Of a stretch of DNA of 64,000 nucleotides, positions 9,305 through 19,002 are shown piece by piece. The position numbers and the translations under genes were made by a program. The notes beneath the pieces were generated by a model. It saw nothing but the letters and a program-made list of their open reading frames with translations, had not been told where the DNA came from and ran no database searches. Source of the stretch: Acidimicrobiia bacterium (GTDB lineage Bacteria > Actinomycetota > Acidimicrobiia > Spongiisociales > ZC4RG35); assembly GCA_035292685.1 (NCBI GenBank), contig DATDPP010000079.1, forward strand, positions 102,300 through 166,299, written 5' to 3'. Each line of letters begins with the position of its first letter. Within the stretch, counting starts at the first letter, position 1.

Positions 9305-10722
9305 CCCAGATCCTGCTCTGCTCGGATCACCAGACCCCGGCCGTCGGGCAACATGTCCGCGTCGTCGGCGGCCTCTGTTACGACCCATATGCTCTGGCTT
9401 CGCTCCCTGATGGAACACAGCACTTGGTGATCGGGCTCCATCGAGACGACGCCGACAAGTCCATGTTCCAATCATCGATGCGGCGGATCGGACTCGACCC
9501 CCTCGGTGTTGGGGTAGTAGACCTAAACGGCATCACGGACCAGCGAGCGCTGACCGCGACTCTCGCCGGTGCCGTTGCCCGAACCGAAGCCTTCCCCGGG
9601 GCGACGCCAGAACAGGCGAAACTAGCGCCAGGCGGTCGCGTCTCGCGTCGGGGGTTGCTCTCGGCTGCGGCGCCCATATCCATCGGCGCCCCTTCAATCG
9701 ACACCGAAACCTGCGTGGCCGACCAGGGATGCCGGGCGTGTGTCACCGCGTGTCCGGTCGACGCCCTGACATGGAATGGCGGCTCGGTTTCCTACGACAA
9801 GACGATATGTGTCGCCTGTGGTATCTGCGTCACCACCTGCCCGGTGGGTGCGGTGGTCAACCCGACAGTGACCTTTCAGGCCATCGAGGCTCAGATCGCT
9901 GCCCTGATCGGGGCCTACGGCGAACCTGTCGGGATTCGCTACCAGTGTCGCGGCGCCCCCCAGGCCCGCCATCAAGAAGGCTGGCTCAACGTCGAGGTGC
10001 CGTGCACCGGAATGCTCACAGCGGGATGGCTGTTAGCGCCGCCGGCCATGGGTGCCGCCGCCACCGATGCGATCCCATGCGGGGAGTCAGGCTGTCCATT
10101 GGGCAATGACGATCGGATTGCGTCGACGGTAGCTGATGCTAGGGCGATCCTCGAGGCGCTTGGTTGGGACAAGGATCGCGTCGGCCGCGACTCCGTCGCC
10201 TCGTTCGCACCCCAACCGCCGCCGTCCGCAACCGGCGGTCGGATCTTCGGGCCGGGGATGGAGCACCGGGTGATAAGCCGCCTGGCGTCGATGGTTCAGA
10301 CCGACTCCGCGGCGGCTTCCCTGGAGTCAACGCCGCTGGGAACAGTGGCCATCGACCCGGCCACGTGCACCGCATGCCGGATGTGCGCCCAGATCTGCCC
10401 CACGGATGCCCTGCACAGCAGCGTCACCGACGACATTGTCATCGACTTCGACCCCCGGCTCTGTGTGGCATGCGGTCAATGCTTGAACATGTGCCCCGAG
10501 ATCGACCGTGGTGCCATCACCATGTCGATGAGGTTCGACCTCGCCGCCTGGGCGAGGGGACGAATGGAAGTGAGGCGCGATCCTGTCCCACGATGCGAGA
10601 GCTGTGGGAAACCGATCGCACCATCAGCGATGCTGGAGCGGATTACATCGATGCTCGGACCGGAATACTCGGCGACGGCGGCCCTTCTCAACACACGGTG
10701 TCTCGACTGCCGTGGCCGCTGA
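9301..10722 (+). CDS. multi-domain Fe-S protein: two 2x[4Fe-4S] ferredoxin modules, a central MvhD/FlpD-like Cys region and a C-terminal Cys4 element
   Basis: CRACVTACP / CVACGICVTTCP and CTACRMCAQICP / CVACGQCLNMCP motifs. Central QCRG...VEVPCTGML...PCGESGCPLGND. C-terminal CESCGKP...CLDCRG. The start overlaps the TorD-like stop. Confidence 0.75.
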   Translation: MTQILLCSDHQTPAVGQHVRVVGGLCYDPYALASLPDGTQHLVIGLHRDDADKSMFQSSMRRIGLDPLGVGVVDLNGITDQRALTATLAGAVARTEAFPGATPEQAKLAPGGRVSRRGLLSAAAPISIGAPSIDTETCVADQGCRACVTACPVDALTWNGGSVSYDKTICVACGICVTTCPVGAVVNPTVTFQAIEAQIAALIGAYGEPVGIRYQCRGAPQARHQEGWLNVEVPCTGMLTAGWLLAPPAMGAAATDAIPCGESGCPLGNDDRIASTVADARAILEALGWDKDRVGRDSVASFAPQPPPSATGGRIFGPGMEHRVISRLASMVQTDSAAASLESTPLGTVAIDPATCTACRMCAQICPTDALHSSVTDDIVIDFDPRLCVACGQCLNMCPEIDRGAITMSMRFDLAAWARGRMEVRRDPVPRCESCGKPIAPSAMLERITSMLGPEYSATAALLNTRCLDCRGR

Positions 10723-11161
10723 AGCGTCTCAGCCCGTCGGGACCCTTCGAGCGGGTCGAGACCCAAAGGCCTGGTGTTCAGCGCCTCGAATGCGAGGTCG
10801 GCGGGCGTCTCCGCCAACTGGGCGGCGGTGATCTCCTCGAGGAGGTGCGTGTTCACGAGGGAGCGCGTTCGATTGAGCTCAACAGCGACAGGCCCACCCG
10901 GGACCAGAGAGGCCTCAAGTTCCGGTCTGACAGCTTCGGGTAGGGGGCCCTCTCGTCGATCGACGCGTGAGACTAGAGAGCGAGCGATGAGGTGGCTATC
11001 GGACCACCTGTTGCCCGTTGATTCACCCGTGGGTCTCGGGCTCTGGCTGTTCGTGATGGGATGGCTCCAGGGCTGCGACACAGCGTCCCGCTCACCACAC
11101 TGCCCGGAGTCGGCGGTGCATGGGTGATGATGTCGGCGGCAGGCGCAACTACCTTGCATGG

Positions 11162-13771
11162 ATGAGCCCGCCCGCGTCAACTGAACCGACGGAGATCGTG
11201 TTCCTCGCACAGCTGACCGAGCAACTGCAGACCACCCTCGAGACCGGGCTCAGTTCCGAGCAGGCAGCTATCCGTCTTGCTGCCGGGCGAAACGAGCTGC
11301 CGATTGCTCCCGGTCCGTCCCTGGCCGACCGGATCTGGAGAAACGCGAAGGAACCGATGTCGCTGCTTCTGCTCGCGGCAGCCGCCGTCAGCGTCCTGGC
11401 CTCGGGCGAAGTCCGGGATGCCCTTGCCATCATGGCCATCGTCGTCCTCAACATCGCCGTGGCCGTCGCCCAGGAGGAGAGAGCTTCCACCGCCCTCGAA
11501 GCCCTCCGCTCCGAGGCAGCGCCAACGGCCTCGGTCCTGAGATCAGACCACGCCGCAACGGTCCCCGCCGTGGAAGTCGTGCCCGGAGATGTTGTCCTTC
11601 TCGCGGCCGGCGACCGTGTCCCGGCCGATATGTGGCTCTTCACCGCCTGGTCGATGGAGGCCAATGAATCCCTGCTCACCGGCGAGTCGCTGCCGGTGGT
11701 GAAGGTCTCTGCCGAAGAAGGGGAAATGTCGCTCCCGGTTGCCGACCGCTCCTGGATAGCACACGCCGGCACTTTGATAACCGCCGGGTCCGGCAGGGGC
11801 GTGGTTATGGCCACCGGGCCCGAGACTGCACTAGGAAGGCTCGCCAGCCAGCTGACCACGGAATCGCCGAGCACCCCGCTGCAGAAGCAGCTGGCAAGGC
11901 TCTCGGCTCGGTTGGGCCAGGCAGCATTGGCCATCGCCGCCGTCGTTTTCGGCCTGACCGCGGCCCGCCTTGGCGCCTCATCAACCGCGTTCGAACAGGC
12001 GTTTCTGACAGCGGTGGCCCTGGCGGTGGCCGCTGTCCCCGAGGGGCTGCCCGCTGTTGTGACCCTGAGTCTGGCGCTCGGAGTGGGCCGGATGGCCCGT
12101 GAGGGCGCGATTGTGCGCAACCTGCCCGCTGTCGAGACCCTCGGTTCGACGAATGTCCTCCTCACCGACAAGACCGGGACCCTGACGCAGAACAGGATGC
12201 GCCTGGCGCAGCTGATGGCGGTCGACGGGCAATCGTTCGAACCCTCCCAACTATCGGGGCGGGTGAAAGAGGCGGTCCTCGACGTTGTGGCGTTGTGCAA
12301 TGACGCCACTCTGGACCCGCCGCGAGGTGACCCGGTGGAGATCGCCCTGCTGGAGGCATTCGAGCCGGCCGAGATCGAGCCGCTGCGGGCGCGTCGGCCT
12401 CGCGTCGGCAACATCCCTTTCGATCCGCAGCGAAAGATGATGAGCACCCTGCACCAGGGGGAAGAAGGGCTCGACCTCCTTACCAAGGGAGCACCCGAGC
12501 CTGTCTTGGCCGCGAGCGGGCTGGCCTTGGCCCAGGATGGGTCCGAGCGCGCCATTACTCCGGACCAACGGCGATTCGTGCTCTCGGCGGTGGACCGGCT
12601 GGCAGCAACCGGGGCGCGGGTGCTCGGGTTGGCCTACCGGCGGCTCGACGCGCCACCACCCGACCTTCGAGTCACCGAGCAGGGCCTCGTGTTCCTGGGT
12701 CTGGCCGTCCTCCACGACCCGCTGCGGCCGGAAGCGTCGGATACGGTCCAGAAACTGACCGAGGCCGGCGTGAGGCTCGTGATGGTCACCGGGGATCACG
12801 CCGGAACAGCCTCGGCCGTGGCTCGTGAGGCAGGTTTGAGTCACGAGGACCAGGAGGTGCGAACCGGCACCCAGTTGAGGACGGAAGGAACCCCGACTGA
12901 TCTCGACACCGTGAGTGTCTACGCCCGGGTCGAGCCCGAGCAGAAGCTGCAGCTGGTGGAGGCCTTTCAATCGGCAGGCCAGGTGGTTGCCGTTACCGGC
13001 GATGGTGTGAATGACGCCCCGGCCCTCCGCCACGCTGACATCGGTGTGGCCATGGGTCTGGGTGGGAGTCAGGTGGCCAGGGAGGCGGCTGACCTGATCA
13101 TCACCGATGACGACCTCCGCCTCGTCGTCAAGGCCGTGTACGCGGGACGGGCGATATACGACAACATCCGCAAGGTGGTTGACTACCTGGTGGCCGGCAA
13201 TCTCTCCGAGGTGACGGTCGTCCTCGTGGGGCTGGGCTTCTTCTCGGGAATCGGCATTCCTCTGCTGCCCCTCCAGCTGCTATGGATCAACCTGCTGACC
13301 GACGGCATGCCCGCCCTCGCTCTGGCGTTCGATCGGCCCAGAGGAGAGGCCCTGAGTGGGTCCTTGAGGGGATCACAACTGCTCTCCGGGCGCCGCTTGG
13401 CAATGCTCGCCCTCAGAGGGCTGGTGTTGGCCAGCGGGCCGATCGCCGCGCTGGCGGTGGTTCGCTCTCAGGGCGCAAGCTGGGAGGTGGGCCGCACCGT
13501 GCTTCTGACCAGCCTCGTCTTCGCCCACCTTCTCTATGTCAACGTCGTGAGACTGCCTCTGAGCGTCAATCTCTCGAATCACCGACTGACTGCGGCGGTG
13601 GGCCTCGGCCTGTTGCTGCAGGTGGCCCTGGTTATCGGCCCACTCGGGGATGTGTTCGGCGTCGTCCCGCTCAGCCAGGGCCAATGGCTGGTTGCACTCG
13701 TAACCGGCCTGGTGCCCGTGATCCTGTTGGCAGGGCTGGAGACACTGCGTTTGCGCAGGACAGCAGGCTGA
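11162..13771 (+). CDS. cation-transporting P-type ATPase (type II, Ca2+/Mg2+-like)
   Basis: DKTGTLTQN phosphorylation motif, [20 protein letters not shown], and about 10 TM segments. An alternative upstream ATG lies at 11120. Confidence 0.9.
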   Translation: MSPPASTEPTEIVFLAQLTEQLQTTLETGLSSEQAAIRLAAGRNELPIAPGPSLADRIWRNAKEPMSLLLLAAAAVSVLASGEVRDALAIMAIVVLNIAVAVAQEERASTALEALRSEAAPTASVLRSDHAATVPAVEVVPGDVVLLAAGDRVPADMWLFTAWSMEANESLLTGESLPVVKVSAEEGEMSLPVADRSWIAHAGTLITAGSGRGVVMATGPETALGRLASQLTTESPSTPLQKQLARLSARLGQAALAIAAVVFGLTAARLGASSTAFEQAFLTAVALAVAAVPEGLPAVVTLSLALGVGRMAREGAIVRNLPAVETLGSTNVLLTDKTGTLTQNRMRLAQLMAVDGQSFEPSQLSGRVKEAVLDVVALCNDATLDPPRGDPVEIALLEAFEPAEIEPLRARRPRVGNIPFDPQRKMMSTLHQGEEGLDLLTKGAPEPVLAASGLALAQDGSERAITPDQRRFVLSAVDRLAATGARVLGLAYRRLDAPPPDLRVTEQGLVFLGLAVLHDPLRPEASDTVQKLTEAGVRLVMVTGDHAGTASAVAREAGLSHEDQEVRTGTQLRTEGTPTDLDTVSVYARVEPEQKLQLVEAFQSAGQVVAVTGDGVNDAPALRHADIGVAMGLGGSQVAREAADLIITDDDLRLVVKAVYAGRAIYDNIRKVVDYLVAGNLSEVTVVLVGLGFFSGIGIPLLPLQLLWINLLTDGMPALALAFDRPRGEALSGSLRGSQLLSGRRLAMLALRGLVLASGPIAALAVVRSQGASWEVGRTVLLTSLVFAHLLYVNVVRLPLSVNLSNHRLTAAVGLGLLLQVALVIGPLGDVFGVVPLSQGQWLVALVTGLVPVILLAGLETLRLRRTAG

Positions 13772-13854
13772 CGCCGGCGAGATCGGCACCAGGCCACGCC
13801 AGGATGTGACCTTGGGCACTGGCGCCCATTTATCGCATCGCCGACAATTCACCT

Positions 13855-14784
13855 ATGAGCCACAGAAGGATTGTTCGGCCTCGTCTCGCCCTGCTCGCGG
13901 CGATGGCGCTCCTTGTCGCCGCTTGCGGAAATGGCGACGGCAGCGGGTCCACCACCACCACCACCACCACCGAGAGCCCGACGACGACGGTGCCAGCAAC
14001 CACCATCACGACCACATCATTGGCGACGACCACCACCTCCGCCACGTTCGGCCAGGTCATATACCTCTTGCTCGATGAGGTCGGCGGGACCACGACAGGG
14101 CCCTTCCTGGTCCCCGTATATCGCGAGGGCCCCTTGAACGGAGATGAGGCCAGCTCTGCGGTCGAGTTGCTCTTGCAAGGCCCGACCGGGGACGAGACCG
14201 CCGGCATCCCCGCGATGCATACCGCTATCCCGCCAGGCACCACGCTCCTCGGGTTGAGCGTCGACGATGGGGTCGCCACCGTCGATCTGAGCGGAGAGTT
14301 CGATGACGGCGGGGGCAGCGCGGGCATGTTCGCCCGGCTCGCCCAGGTCGTCTACACCGTCACTCGAGTCGCGGGGGTGGATGAGGTTGCCTTCAACCTG
14401 GAAGGCCAGCCGGTGGATGTGTTCTCCTCGGAAGGGATCGAACTCGATCGACCGCAGACCCGAAGCGACTACTACGACTGGTTGCCGGCCGTCTTCGTGG
14501 ACTCTCCGGCATGGGCCGAGCCTGTGACGAGCCCGATCGAGGTGAAGGGCTTGAGCAACGTCTTCGAGGCCGTTTCCCAGATCATGCTCACCGACGATGA
14601 CGGGCTTCCTCTCTTTGAAGACACGGTCATGGCCAGCTGTGGCACCGGGTGTTGGGGGGATTGGAGCGTGTCCGTCCCCTACGAGGTGGATCGGGACCAG
14701 GTCGGCGCTTTGATCGTCTGGGAGATCTCAGCGAAGGACGGGAGCCGCATCAACATCCGCGAGTACCCGGTCCTGCTCCGCTGA
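13855..14784 (+). CDS. lipoprotein with a GerMN domain and a C-terminal Gmad2-like Ig domain
   Basis: Lipobox LLVAAC-G, a Thr-rich linker, LLQGPTGDE...GLSVDDGVATVDLSGEF (GerMN pattern), then a beta-rich C-terminus. Confidence 0.75.
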   Translation: MSHRRIVRPRLALLAAMALLVAACGNGDGSGSTTTTTTTESPTTTVPATTITTTSLATTTTSATFGQVIYLLLDEVGGTTTGPFLVPVYREGPLNGDEASSAVELLLQGPTGDETAGIPAMHTAIPPGTTLLGLSVDDGVATVDLSGEFDDGGGSAGMFARLAQVVYTVTRVAGVDEVAFNLEGQPVDVFSSEGIELDRPQTRSDYYDWLPAVFVDSPAWAEPVTSPIEVKGLSNVFEAVSQIMLTDDDGLPLFEDTVMASCGTGCWGDWSVSVPYEVDRDQVGALIVWEISAKDGSRINIREYPVLLR

Positions 14785-14789
14785 TCCCC

Positions 14790-14806
14790 AGAGACCCAGG
14801 GTCTCT
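14790..14806. terminator. hairpin between convergent genes (AGAGACC-cag-GGTCTCT)
   Basis: Perfect 7-bp inverted repeat between the lipoprotein stop (14784) and the USP stop (14822). Confidence 0.4.
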
Positions 14807-14821
14807 CAAACGGAGCGTCGG

Positions 14822-15241
14822 TCACGTCACAGGTTGCTTGACGATCAGAACATCACAGGTGGCAAGATGGATCGCCCGGTGACTGGTGCTCCCCAGGATC
14901 AGGGCCCCCAACTCGCCGCGCCCCCGGGTGCCCACCACCAGCAACGACGCTCCCACATCGTTGGCGTAGGACACGAGAGTGTCTGGTGGATAGCCTTCGA
15001 GGTCGACCCGTCGTATGTCGACGCCCGCCGCCGCGAGCCTTTCCTCGAGCGGCTCCCAAACCGAGCTGCGATGGCCTTCGGCGATCGCAACGTAATCGAT
15101 TGGCACTTCGACATAGGTGTAGGGCACATGAAAAACGTTGACCACATGGAGCCCGGCCCCCCTCCACTCTGCCTCCTGGATCGCCTTCCCGAGGACTTCC
15201 CCGGCCAGCGGCGACTCGTCCACGCCGACCACAACCACCAC
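14822..15241 (-). CDS. universal stress protein (UspA family)
   Basis: VVVGVDESP...LLVVGTRGRGELGALILGSTSHRAIHLATCDVLIV matches the USP ATP-binding pattern. Confidence 0.9.
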   Translation of the reverse strand: MVVVVGVDESPLAGEVLGKAIQEAEWRGAGLHVVNVFHVPYTYVEVPIDYVAIAEGHRSSVWEPLEERLAAAGVDIRRVDLEGYPPDTLVSYANDVGASLLVVGTRGRGELGALILGSTSHRAIHLATCDVLIVKQPVT

Positions 15242-15402
15242 AAAGGACCTCCTTCTGGGTCGTTACCAAGATTGCCAAAGCCATGTCAACGCGTATACGG
15301 CCAGAAGTCCTACTCCCGGGGCCGTTCTGCCTTGTTCGTTGTCGAAGGTCCACCGGCCGACGTTGGGCTCCAGTTCTTCCAACGCAGCCTTGCCGGCACA
15401 GA

Positions 15403-15418
15403 TTGGGACATTCGACCC
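15403..15418. promoter_or_regulatory. candidate operator: imperfect palindrome TTGGGAC-ATTC-GACCC in the divergent usp/hsp20 intergenic region
   Basis: A GGGAC-N4-G.CCC core resembles the DosR/DevR-type box (TTSGGGACTWWAGTCCCSAA). I count 12 of 20 matches by eye. No cognate regulator is in the window. Confidence 0.25.
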
Positions 15419-15521
15419 TGGTCAATGGGTCTTCGAAGTCGGATCATCGTTCTAGAAACCCATGCTGGCTCGGGCCGCCTGCAGCAACAAAGGGTCAGGC
15501 TCGAGAAAGGAGGTGAACCAC

Positions 15522-15956
15522 ATGGAGCTCAAGGTGTGGACACCGTTCTTCGATCTCGACAAGGAGTGGCGGTTGTTTGATTTCCCCCGATTCATCGAGG
15601 GGCATGAGTTCGCATTTCGACCCTCGATCGATGTCGCCAGGCGGAACGGAGACATGCTTGTCATCGCCGAACTTCCGGGCATCGACCCGGAGAAGGACGT
15701 CGAAATCTCAATTGAAGGGGACTACCTCTTCATAAAGGGTGAGAAGTCGATGGAGATGGACATCTCCGAAGACAACCGGTACGTCCACGAGAGAACATAC
15801 GGGAAGTTCCTGCGTCGCATCCCGCTCCCGGCTGGAGTTGACCCCGATAACGTGACTGCCGACTATGACAATGGCGTCCTTACCGTCAAGGTGACCCTTC
15901 CAAGGGAGGGAACGACCCAGGTGCACAACATCCCCGTTGAGGTAAAGACATCCTGA
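15522..15956 (+). CDS. Hsp20/alpha-crystallin family small heat-shock protein
   Basis: ATG 15522 follows GAAAGGAGG. The alpha-crystallin core reads DMLVIAELPGIDPEKDVEISIEGDYLFIKGEK...GVLTVKV. Confidence 0.9.
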   Translation: MELKVWTPFFDLDKEWRLFDFPRFIEGHEFAFRPSIDVARRNGDMLVIAELPGIDPEKDVEISIEGDYLFIKGEKSMEMDISEDNRYVHERTYGKFLRRIPLPAGVDPDNVTADYDNGVLTVKVTLPREGTTQVHNIPVEVKTS

Positions 15957-15973
15957 TCGACGGTTGGGATGAA

Positions 15974-16003
15974 GTGAGGCGAACCTGAAAAGGTTCGCCT
16001 CAC
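15974..16003. terminator. bidirectional stem-loop terminator (GTGAGGCGAACC-tgaaaa-GGTTCGCCTCAC)
   Basis: Perfect 12-bp stem between convergent hsp20 and the DUF1918 gene. Confidence 0.6.
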
Positions 16004-16064
16004 CCTCGTCTTGGCCTCCCCCTCTTGACCGCTTATCGCGCCGGCGAGGCTTCTTCGAGAAGGG

Positions 16065-16277
16065 TCAGGAGGTCTTCTTCGTCCTCTTCCTCGGTGCAAC
16101 GCGCACCATGGCATCGCTCCCGGGAAAGACGAGGGTTTCCCGCTCCTCGTCGGACCACCGAACCAGGAACGGTGGCTCTCCACCTTCCCCGTGCACCTCG
16201 ATGATCTCGCCCTCTTTCTCGATATCGCCAACGTGGTGACCTTGAATAACAAGATGGTCGCCGGGCTTGGCATGCAT
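16065..16277 (-). CDS. DUF1918 domain protein
   Basis: MHAKPGDHLVIQGHHVG...GEIIEVHGEGGEPPFLVRWSD...VFPGSDA pattern. An internal ATG at 16277 was preferred to the Arg-rich extension of ORF 16065..16373. Confidence 0.7.
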   Translation of the reverse strand: MHAKPGDHLVIQGHHVGDIEKEGEIIEVHGEGGEPPFLVRWSDEERETLVFPGSDAMVRVAPRKRTKKTS

Positions 16278-16506
16278 CAGGACTCCCTTCGAGTTCAATG
16301 CCAGCATCCGACTTCGCATCGTGTGCTCATAGAGGCAAAAGGCCCGTCGGCGGCGGAACCCACCCGGTCGCACTCGATACTGACTTCCGGCCCTGGCGCC
16401 GACGCCTCACATCTCGTATCTGTGGTGCCACAAAGGCAATCGGGTCCGATAACGGTTTTGACGCCGGGTACCGACCCGCAAACGTCGCAGCGCCCAGGAG
16501 GCCGAG

Positions 16507-18960
16507 ATGAGTCCAGCCACCATTATCCGGTACATACGTTGGTTTGAGGAATTGGGGGTGGGAGATGTGGCCGAGGTCGGAGGCAAGAATGCTTCCCTTG
16601 GCGAGTTGTATTGCGCCCTGACGCCGCTCGGGGTGAATGTCCCCAACGGCTTCGCGGTCACCGCCCAGGCATACCGTGACACCCTCTCCGCCTCGGGGGC
16701 CTGGCCGAAGCTGGAAGAGATCATCGGCGGGGTCGACAAGTCAAACGTCGATGACCTTGCCCGGAGAGCGCGAAAAGCCCGTGAGCTGATCTACGAGTCT
16801 TCGCTGCCCGACTCGATCCGCGAGCAGATCGTCGACGCCTATCAGCGCCTGGTCGAGGAGTATGGCCCGGACCTGAGCGTTGCGGTGCGGTCGTCCGCCA
16901 CGGCGGAAGACCTTCCGACAGCAAGCTTTGCCGGGCAACACGAGACCTATCTCAACATCCATGGGGCGGAGCGTGTGGTCGAGGCTTGCCGCCGGTGCTT
17001 TGCCTCGTTGTTCACCGATCGTGCCATCTCGTATCGGATCGACCAGGGTTTCGACCACTTCTCGATAGGCCTGTCGGTGGGTGTCATGAAGATGGTCCGC
17101 TCCGACCTGGCCAGCAGCGGCGTGCTGTTCACAGTCGACACCGAGTCAGGGTTCGAGGACGTGGTCTTCATCACCGGCGCCTACGGGCTGGGTGAGAACG
17201 TGGTCCAAGGGGTGGTGGACCCCGATGAGTTCTACGTGCACAAGCCCACCTTCGAGCTCGGCTACCGAAGTGTGCTCAAGCGCAGCCTCGGGAACAAGCA
17301 GATCAAGATGGTCTATTCCCAGGGTCGGGGCGGCCAAACCACATCCAACATTCCCACCCCGGACATCGACCGGGAGACGTTCTGCCTGACGGATGACGAG
17401 GTCCTGACACTGGCCGGATTCGGGATCGAGGTCGAGCGTCACTACAGCGCTCAGGCTGGCCGGTCGATGCCGATGGACATCGAGTGGGCCAAAGACGGGA
17501 TCGATGACCTCCTCTACCTGGTGCAGGCCAGGCCGGAGACGGTTGTCTCGCAAAAGAAGAAGACGAGTCTCATCGAGCATCGGGTCCAGCAAGGCGGAAA
17601 GATCCTGGCCGAAGGCCGTGCGGTGGGCACGTCAGCTGCAGCCGGGGCGGTCCGTGTGGTGAAGGCTACGACCGGGCTGGCCGCCTTCCGCCCCGGCGAG
17701 GTTCTCGTTGCGGATACCACCACTCCCGATTGGGAGCCGGTGATGAAGACCGCAGCAGCCATCGTCACCAATCGTGGCGGACGGACCTGTCATGCCGCGA
17801 TCGTCGCCCGGGAGCTAGGCATTCCCGCGGTAGTTGGCGCGGCCGATGCCACCGAACGGCTCGGCACAGGGCAGGAGGTCACCGTCTCCTGCGCCGACGG
17901 GGAGGTAGGCCGGGTCTACGCCGGGCTCCTCCCGATCGAAATCGTGGAGGTCGACCTCACCGAGGTGGCCAGGACCAAGACCGAGATCATGGTCAATATC
18001 GGGAACCCGGACCTGGCCTTCCAGATTGCGCGGCTCCCGGTTGACGGTGTTGGCCTGGCCCGCATGGAGTTCATCATCTCCGAGTCGATCAGGGCCCATC
18101 CGATGGCACTGCTCGACCCGGATGGCGTGGAGGACCCGGCCGAGCGCCAGAGCATCCTCGATTTGATCAGCGGCTACGAGAACGGGTCCGAGTACTTCGT
18201 CGAGCGGCTCTCGGAAGGAGTGGCCACGATCGCAGCGGCTTTCTACCCGAGACCGGTCATCGTCCGTATGTCCGACTTCAAGACCAACGAGTACGCGAGC
18301 TTGCTCGGAGGCCGCGGCTTCGAGCCTGTCGAGGCCAATCCGATGATCGGGTTCCGCGGAGCCTCCCGCTATGCCCATCCCGCCTACGCCGCCGGGTTCG
18401 CCCTGGAGTGCGATGCGATGAAGCGGGCACGTGACGTCATTGGGATGACCAACATCAAGCTGATGATCCCCTTCTGCCGGAGGGTGGAGGAAGGACAGCG
18501 GGTCCTCGAGGTCATGGCGTCGCATGGGCTTCGGCGCGGTGAGAACGGCCTGGAGGTCTACGTGATGTGTGAGATCCCGAACAACGTCGTACAGGTAGAC
18601 GCCTTTGCCCGGATCTTCGACGGCTTCTCGATCGGTTCCAACGACCTCACCCAATTGGTGCTCGGCGTGGACCGGGACTCGGAGCTGGTGGCGTTCGATT
18701 TCGATGAGCGCGACGACGGGGTCATGGAGACGATTCGGCTGGCGGTGGACGGGGCGCATCGCCACGGCCGGCATATCGGGATCTGCGGCCAGGCGCCCTC
18801 CGATTTCCCGGACGTGGCCCGTCGCCTGGTGGAGATGGGGATCGATTCGATCAGCCTCAACCCGGACACAGTCGTGTCCACCATCGCGATCGTGAGCGAG
18901 GCGGAGGCAGGGGCAGCAGCCGGGCTGAAAGCAGTGCCTGAGGTCACTGTCCGCGGGTAG
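16507..18960 (+). CDS. ppsA: phosphoenolpyruvate synthase (pyruvate, water dikinase)
   Basis: 817 aa. N-terminus IRWFEELGVGDVAEVGGKNASLGE, phosphohistidine region GGRTCHAAIVARELGIPAVVG, and a C-terminal PEP-utilising TIM domain. Confidence 0.92.
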   Translation: MSPATIIRYIRWFEELGVGDVAEVGGKNASLGELYCALTPLGVNVPNGFAVTAQAYRDTLSASGAWPKLEEIIGGVDKSNVDDLARRARKARELIYESSLPDSIREQIVDAYQRLVEEYGPDLSVAVRSSATAEDLPTASFAGQHETYLNIHGAERVVEACRRCFASLFTDRAISYRIDQGFDHFSIGLSVGVMKMVRSDLASSGVLFTVDTESGFEDVVFITGAYGLGENVVQGVVDPDEFYVHKPTFELGYRSVLKRSLGNKQIKMVYSQGRGGQTTSNIPTPDIDRETFCLTDDEVLTLAGFGIEVERHYSAQAGRSMPMDIEWAKDGIDDLLYLVQARPETVVSQKKKTSLIEHRVQQGGKILAEGRAVGTSAAAGAVRVVKATTGLAAFRPGEVLVADTTTPDWEPVMKTAAAIVTNRGGRTCHAAIVARELGIPAVVGAADATERLGTGQEVTVSCADGEVGRVYAGLLPIEIVEVDLTEVARTKTEIMVNIGNPDLAFQIARLPVDGVGLARMEFIISESIRAHPMALLDPDGVEDPAERQSILDLISGYENGSEYFVERLSEGVATIAAAFYPRPVIVRMSDFKTNEYASLLGGRGFEPVEANPMIGFRGASRYAHPAYAAGFALECDAMKRARDVIGMTNIKLMIPFCRRVEEGQRVLEVMASHGLRRGENGLEVYVMCEIPNNVVQVDAFARIFDGFSIGSNDLTQLVLGVDRDSELVAFDFDERDDGVMETIRLAVDGAHRHGRHIGICGQAPSDFPDVARRLVEMGIDSISLNPDTVVSTIAIVSEAEAGAAAGLKAVPEVTVRG

Positions 18961-19002
18961 CGGGTCTTGCCAGGCGGCCGGATCATCCGGCGGTTCCGAG
19001 GT

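Noticed and set aside
10476-11210. 244-aa minus-strand ORF spanning the gap between the Fe-S protein gene and the ATPase gene
   Set aside because: The stretch around 10730-10860 (NTHLLEEITAAQLAETPADLAFEALNTRPLGLDPLEG) has high GC3 and looks protein-like. However, there is no convincing start or RBS, and the ORF would overlap the Fe-S gene by ~250 nt with junk sequence. I recognise no family. The 10723-11119 region is left unannotated; a small gene here cannot be excluded.
18977-18991. Palindrome GCCGGAT-C-ATCCGGC between convergent ppsA and the PrimPol gene
   Set aside because: It could be a terminator, but the loop is too small for the full stem and the effective hairpin is short. Confidence is too low to list it as a feature.
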